Below are positions 15,285 through 20,000 of a stretch of 20,000 bases of DNA, piece by piece (the first letter of the stretch is position 1; each line of letters begins with the position of its first letter). Both the position numbers and the translations under genes were made by a program. A model generated the notes under the pieces. It was not told where the DNA came from and ran no database searches. It was given only the letters and a program-made list of their open reading frames with translations. The stretch is from an uncultured virus (IMG/VR IMGVR_UViG_3300023119_000021) (Duplodnaviria > Heunggongvirae > Uroviricota > Caudoviricetes > Crassvirales): the IMG/VR virus record IMGVR_UViG_3300023119_000021. One strand, given 5' to 3'.

Positions 15285-16438
15285 TAGAAAAGGTGTGTTA
15301 GTCTCGCCATTTGTCCATGACTTTTTGAATGAATAAATCCTTCAACGGCTTTAGGCGCATGCTGATAACCCTTTCTGTGGTGCCATCCGTCTGTTCCAGA
15401 AGGAGATCGCAAAGCCTCAACAGTAACACCAATAAAATCTTTAGACATCTTGTGATGTATGTGATGTATGTATACATATCTGTTTTTAGCATTCGACCAA
15501 TCTTCACCAGCCTCTTGAGCCATAAGTAGCGGAAGGTCTTGTGGTTTTGCTCCGTCTCCGTGTGTTGTTCCAATGAGATTATTATGGTATCGATAGTATT
15601 TACGATGCGCAATTGAAGTGTCAAAGGTAATATTTTTGCATTTATTATACCACGAGGCTATCGAGTCGGCTAAAAAGAACCCACTCTGATAGTCATGGTT
15701 GGATGGGTTATACATGAAGTGCACATCTGCAATCTGAAGCAGTGTATCTAAAACGTCAATATAGAGCTTCTTAGCGATTAAAAAGTTGTCATACCACATT
15801 CCATCAGTATCTTGTGGAGTTCCGCTCGTAGTCGTCCTCTTAGGGGTGTCTATGTGGAGAATATCATTACCTGCGACAAATACAATTTTGTCAATTGTAA
15901 ATCCAGAGGCTTTTTGTAGTATTCCTTCGACTCCTGATTTGACTCTTTGAACTGCTATTTGTGAGTTGTAATCCTCTCCTGTTTCGAATGATGAGGCTAA
16001 CTTGCCAATATGTACATCAGCAGGATCAATAACAAGTAAACAGCCATCAGGATCGTTGTTTCTGATAATCTTTTCATAATTAAATGCGTGTTGTTTGATC
16101 TCTTCAACATGGTCTTTGAGCATTTGCTCGAATGTAGGTCCACTGTCTTTGCTTGGCTTAAACTGTATGGACCACTTCTTGTCTTTCGACCAGGCTATTC
16201 CTACGCTTGATATATCAATACCTCTTTCTTCACATGCCTGTGCAAGAGCTGGTTGCTCTTCTATCCTTGTAATCTTCTGTATGTGCTTTGATATAGATCT
16301 TCTTGTTGACTCTATAGTCTTTTCGTTCGGATCTATCTGTAGGTCTTCATGTATTAGCTTAGCTATATCAGTAAAACCTCTGTGTCCTTGCTTGTAGTAA
16401 TCCTCAGCAAGTCTTTTTATTTCTTCAACGTTAATCAT
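15284..16438 (-). CDS. Calcineurin-like metallophosphoesterase with N-terminal helical/HTH-like extension
   Basis: Motifs DVHIG, GNDILH, SNHD, HGD and HHIHH appear in canonical order. Confidence 0.85.
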   Translation of the reverse strand: MINVEEIKRLAEDYYKQGHRGFTDIAKLIHEDLQIDPNEKTIESTRRSISKHIQKITRIEEQPALAQACEERGIDISSVGIAWSKDKKWSIQFKPSKDSGPTFEQMLKDHVEEIKQHAFNYEKIIRNNDPDGCLLVIDPADVHIGKLASSFETGEDYNSQIAVQRVKSGVEGILQKASGFTIDKIVFVAGNDILHIDTPKRTTTSGTPQDTDGMWYDNFLIAKKLYIDVLDTLLQIADVHFMYNPSNHDYQSGFFLADSIASWYNKCKNITFDTSIAHRKYYRYHNNLIGTTHGDGAKPQDLPLLMAQEAGEDWSNAKNRYVYIHHIHHKMSKDFIGVTVEALRSPSGTDGWHHRKGYQHAPKAVEGFIHSKSHGQMARLTHLF

Positions 16439-16601
16439 CCTTTTTAATTTGATTCTGTAATTTTTCCAGATTTATTTTGAAAGATGCTATTGAAGTTTTA
16501 GTTATTCCAAAGTCAGGTTCGTAGAGAGAGTCGATGATCTGGTCTACACTTTTATGCAGACTAATTCTCAGCCTCTCTATAAACCTCACTCTTTGCGTCA
16601 T
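16431..16601 (-). CDS. Hypothetical protein (56 aa, MTQRVRFIERLRISLHKSVDQIIDSLYE...KKDD)
   Basis: Translated by hand. ATGA overlap with the upstream gene and 8-nt overlap with the downstream gene; it exactly fills the gap. Confidence 0.7.
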   Translation of the reverse strand: MTQRVRFIERLRISLHKSVDQIIDSLYEPDFGITKTSIASFKINLEKLQNQIKKDD

Positions 16602-16903
16602 ACATCCTCATCCATGTGCTGTAAAAACAGATCTCCTACTGATTTGTTAAAAGTCTTTATAGCTCTGTATATTATTCTGGATTTCTTTTTGGTTTCTCTT
16701 TTGTCCTTGAGACTTGAGTCAATCCCAAGTCTTGTATAAAGTAATGTGTCAAGCTCTAACAGTGCATCCATCTTTTCTTTTTCTGTTTTAGTTGTGTAGC
16801 CTGTTACAGTATTACAGAAAGAGTTTACATCCAATTCATGGATATTAAACATCCTCTGTTTTATCTTAGCATATTCTCTATCAAACAATGTATTTTTTCT
16901 CAT
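16598..16903 (-). CDS. Hypothetical phage protein
   Basis: 101-aa ORF within the operon. Confidence 0.7.
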   Translation of the reverse strand: MRKNTLFDREYAKIKQRMFNIHELDVNSFCNTVTGYTTKTEKEKMDALLELDTLLYTRLGIDSSLKDKRETKKKSRIIYRAIKTFNKSVGDLFLQHMDEDV

Positions 16904-16913
16904 TTTATCAAAT

Positions 16914-17225
16914 TTAGTTATTATTGCTGAAACTCAAGTACTTATCTTCAGATTTTTTTATTATATCATCATTTGCCATTCTCTTAAAGTAGGTCAAGTA
17001 AATCTCGTAAATTGGTCTCGAGACCTCATGGTTACTGTACGTAACAGGGGATACCATGTTTTTTACAAGCCCATCTTTTTCTATCCTTATGTTTAATCTT
17101 AACTCATTATTCTTAATCAATTCAGGTTCTATTGTTATTCCATTCACAATACAAAATGCCATAGCATTCTGATGAATCTTGTTAGGATAAAAGTCTATTG
17201 TCGGTTTTTTCTTAGGTCTTCCCAT
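16914..17225 (-). CDS. Hypothetical phage protein
   Basis: 103-aa ORF; TAATG overlap with the primase-helicase stop. Confidence 0.7.
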   Translation of the reverse strand: MGRPKKKPTIDFYPNKIHQNAMAFCIVNGITIEPELIKNNELRLNIRIEKDGLVKNMVSPVTYSNHEVSRPIYEIYLTYFKRMANDDIIKKSEDKYLSFSNNN

Positions 17226-19018
17226 TAGAATGGTAAATCATCGTTATCTACTGCAAATGCGTCTGATGGAAACATTTTAGGCACCACATCTTCATCCTTG
17301 TCAAACACAAACGTAGGTGGGTTCTGATCCTTTGCATAGTATCTACCAGATACAACATCAAACCTGAAGAACTCCTTTCCATTCATCTCTCCTTGAAACT
17401 TCATCTTGACCTTCTGTGTCACAAACTCGACATCATTTTCATCAATCTTTGAGGCAGGTATTTCTGCAAAGTGCCTATAGATTGTAAAGCCATCGTGCGT
17501 TTGATTCCTGAAGTCAGCAGATCCACTACAATCGTAGAGGGTAGGGAGATCGTATATCCCTGCATCATTCTTGCGCATTTTAGTTGGATGCACCACCAGG
17601 AATATAATCACATTGTTCATCTGAGCAAACATAGTCAGGTGCGTAAGCACACGCTTTATCTTAGAAAGCTCAGAGTCACTTGACTTATCAAAGTCAATTT
17701 TATTAAAGGCATCGATTATAAACATATCAACTCCATAGATAAACATCTGCTCCTTGAACTTCTCCATAATCCAACTCCATGTGGGTATCTCTCCTCTTTC
17801 AGGAGCAGTAATGTATATCTTTTCGTTTGCCCACTTAATATATCTATTAATTTCTTCTTTAGTTATCTTGGGTCTGTTGGGGTTGTCTTGCCAAAAGTTT
17901 TTACCAAAAAACTTCTCAATGAATGTTGTTTGGTGTAGAGCCATTGGGTTGTGCTCTGGAGAAAAGAACGATGCCTTGAGGTTGTAGTCTCTGATTAGGT
18001 TGAGTACATACCACTCAGTAAAGTTAGACTTACCATGAGAGGGTATACCTGTAGACACGACCAAGTGTCCTCGCATAACTGTGAAGACGTTATTGAGATT
18101 ACCGAAGCACTTGTGTTTTGGATACAGTGTTTCAGGCAATCCGTTGTCGTATAAATCATGTATACCCCCAGCAAGGTCCTCTATGGTAAACGTTCCTGAT
18201 GCAGGATACCTTTTACCATTTGCTATTGATTCTTTTACTAAGTCATCCCCTCCATCGATGAGGTCTCCATTGGCATCTTTGTTCTTGAATAAAACCCTCA
18301 AGCATCTGTATCTACCAAGACGCTGTGCTATCTTATCAGCTACAATCTCTCCCTTGTCGTCATTGTCTGTGGCTATATAAAACTTACTTACATCCTTCAG
18401 ATACTTCTCGCAGTTTATCCAGAAGTCATCGTTGTCGTTCGCTCCGTTGGGAATGCTTATTGTATTCTTAAATCCACACTGGTGCATAGCTAACACATCA
18501 AACTCTCCCTCCACTATAAACACCTCATCTTGACCAATGGCGGCATTGATGTTGTAGAATATTGGTTTTGTTTGTGCTGTTTGTGTAAAATGCTTTCCTC
18601 CTGATCTAAATTTCTTGTTGACCAAAGTATCTCCCTCAAAGTAATTAAAAACAATGTTGTTCATCTTCTTTCCTGCTTGTGGCTGAAAGTATTCCTCTTC
18701 AGTTATACCTAACTCCTTGAGTGTAGACTGACGAATCTTTCTTGACTCACACCATTTAACCATGCCATCAGATAGCTTTGTATAGTTAATCCAGTTCTGC
18801 TCAGGAAGTTTGTACACCTTGTCACGAACCAGAGGCTTCTCGTCTCTTATCGATATGCCATCACAGTGATGACACTTCGCTACACCTTCATTAATATTTA
18901 CACTAAGACATCTGTCAGCTTTGTTCCTTCTTTCAGGAGAGCATGCTGGGCAAACAGTTTTAATCTGACCAGACGTTTTCCCTTTTAGATTTATATCGTT
19001 CCATTGTATTGTTTTCAT
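17225..19018 (-). CDS. Bifunctional DNA primase-helicase (T7 gp4/Twinkle-like; Zn-binding, TOPRIM and SF4 helicase domains)
   Basis: CPAC...CHHC zinc ribbon; TOPRIM motifs VEGEFD and TDND; KDAN; Walker A GIPSHGKS; Walker B FIIDAFN; VVHPTK and SGSADF; acidic C-terminal tail DDLPF. Confidence 0.92.
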   Translation of the reverse strand: MKTIQWNDINLKGKTSGQIKTVCPACSPERRNKADRCLSVNINEGVAKCHHCDGISIRDEKPLVRDKVYKLPEQNWINYTKLSDGMVKWCESRKIRQSTLKELGITEEEYFQPQAGKKMNNIVFNYFEGDTLVNKKFRSGGKHFTQTAQTKPIFYNINAAIGQDEVFIVEGEFDVLAMHQCGFKNTISIPNGANDNDDFWINCEKYLKDVSKFYIATDNDDKGEIVADKIAQRLGRYRCLRVLFKNKDANGDLIDGGDDLVKESIANGKRYPASGTFTIEDLAGGIHDLYDNGLPETLYPKHKCFGNLNNVFTVMRGHLVVSTGIPSHGKSNFTEWYVLNLIRDYNLKASFFSPEHNPMALHQTTFIEKFFGKNFWQDNPNRPKITKEEINRYIKWANEKIYITAPERGEIPTWSWIMEKFKEQMFIYGVDMFIIDAFNKIDFDKSSDSELSKIKRVLTHLTMFAQMNNVIIFLVVHPTKMRKNDAGIYDLPTLYDCSGSADFRNQTHDGFTIYRHFAEIPASKIDENDVEFVTQKVKMKFQGEMNGKEFFRFDVVSGRYYAKDQNPPTFVFDKDEDVVPKMFPSDAFAVDNDDLPF

Positions 19019-19692
19019 AGTGTGTTGTTGAATATAGATTTTGGTTTGCCAGTCTTGAGGTTGATGTTATATCTTTTGAGATACCAACTTCTGAAATGAG
19101 ATACATAGTCAGGTTTACTTTTTACAGTATCAGATTTCATATTTAGGTGCTCATTAAATTCCAAGTAATACATCTTTAGACTGTCGATGTCTATCTTCAA
19201 ATTACTTGTTATTGCTTTGAGATATTTTTCATCCTCAAAAACTAATTTAAAATTTTCTTCGATCGCCCTGTTGATGATATTATTGTTTTCATTGTTTATA
19301 TTATTATTATTGTTAGTTGTGTTCTTTTGTTGTTCTTTTGATGTGCTTTTGTTGTCCTTTTGTTGTGCATCATCATCAGACTTTTTCTGGTAATCATCAT
19401 ATTTTACAATAGTTACGAGAGTATATTTGTTGTGCCCTTTCTTATGCACCTCCCCTGTTTCTATTAATTTGTCAAGGGAGAGTTGTATTTGCTTCCTGGA
19501 AAGTCCAAGATCGTCTGCAAGGTTTTGTTGGGAGGTTATAAAAGTTCCTCTACGTACAACCATTCCTCTCCAATTTTTGTCCTTCCAGTTAGCTTTTAAA
19601 AGGCAGTGAATGAATAATCTCATTGTATTGGCATCAGTATACCACTCCCACTGTAAAATCTTCCTGCTTAGTGTTATGAATGAATCAGCCAT
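19015..19692 (-). CDS. Phage replication initiator / replisome organiser (N-terminal winged helix)
   Basis: FITLSRKILQWEWY.D...RLFIHCLLKANW...RGTFITS...LA..LG...L.KL...GE...YTLVTI.KYDDYQ followed by an Asn-rich linker. Directly upstream of the primase-helicase (ATGA overlap). Confidence 0.8.
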   Translation of the reverse strand: MADSFITLSRKILQWEWYTDANTMRLFIHCLLKANWKDKNWRGMVVRRGTFITSQQNLADDLGLSRKQIQLSLDKLIETGEVHKKGHNKYTLVTIVKYDDYQKKSDDDAQQKDNKSTSKEQQKNTTNNNNNINNENNNIINRAIEENFKLVFEDEKYLKAITSNLKIDIDSLKMYYLEFNEHLNMKSDTVKSKPDYVSHFRSWYLKRYNINLKTGKPKSIFNNTL

Positions 19693-20000
19693 TCTCTTAT
19701 TTTATTTTCAATGTTTCTTTTGTGGATATCTGGTATGTATCTCAATGATTTGATGAAATTATTTATCTGATCTTTTCTGTAGATTTCTCTATGAATTAGT
19801 CTTCTGTTTAATTCCTTTGTGTAAATGAGTTCTTCAGCAACAGTTTTTTTCTCAAATACCATTGCTGGCATAATCTCTTTTATCTTTCTGTCGCACATTG
19901 CAAACCTATACATGAAAAGTTTATCTCCGAACTTGGAGTCTAAAAGATTTTCAGCTTTTTTAATGCCATGTAGCACGCTTGCATGATTCTTTCCTATGTA
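19674..20000 (-). CDS. DnaA domain IV-like HTH protein (partial, starts beyond the window)
   Basis: The frame is open to the window edge and reads YIGKNHASVLHGIKK, resembling the DnaA signature G(R/K)DHTTV(L/I)H(A/G). Confidence 0.6.
   Translation of the reverse strand, partial: YIGKNHASVLHGIKKAENLLDSKFGDKLFMYRFAMCDRKIKEIMPAMVFEKKTVAEELIYTKELNRRLIHREIYRKDQINNFIKSLRYIPDIHKRNIENKIREWLIHS

Noticed and set aside
14501..19609. Short + strand ORFs within the - block and the alternative-frame ORF 15298-15624
   Set aside because: They lie antisense to or nested in well-supported genes and have no recognisable motifs.
1..20000. Stop-codon reassignment as seen in some crAss-like phages
   Set aside because: The standard code gives near-complete coding density with tight gene overlaps, and TAA, TAG and TGA all end genes at sensible positions.

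Overview
AT-rich, gene-dense fragment of a dsDNA tailed bacteriophage genome, probably podovirus-like. The host is probably Bacteroidota/Flavobacteriia, judged from TAnnTTTG promoter motifs and A-rich leaders lacking Shine-Dalgarno sites. Two gene blocks converge on a hairpin-rich intergenic region at 13600-13812. The + strand (1-13599) is a virion module: Cys-rich and Thr-rich (mucin-like) putative virion proteins, a tail stabilisation-like protein, a cupin, and three probable ejection/internal virion proteins. The - strand (13813-20000) is a DNA replication/metabolism module: DnaA domain IV-like protein, replication initiator, Twinkle/T7 gp4-like primase-helicase, calcineurin-like phosphoesterase, MazG-like protein and PD-(D/E)XK nuclease. 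The most notable feature is a candidate virion O-glycosylation system. A GT-A glycosyltransferase whose motifs resemble plant peptidyl-serine galactosyltransferase/hydroxyproline arabinosyltransferase (GT96/GT95) is translationally coupled to a radical SAM-SPASM/twitch enzyme, and the pair sits between two poly-Thr mucin-like virion protein genes. Other highlights are a TTTT-A10 slippery site in the largest ejection gene, whose -1 frame gives an 84-aa product with an Arg/aromatic/Gly-rich tail, and a candidate small RNA in the convergent intergenic region. All family assignments come from motif recognition by eye, not from database searches.
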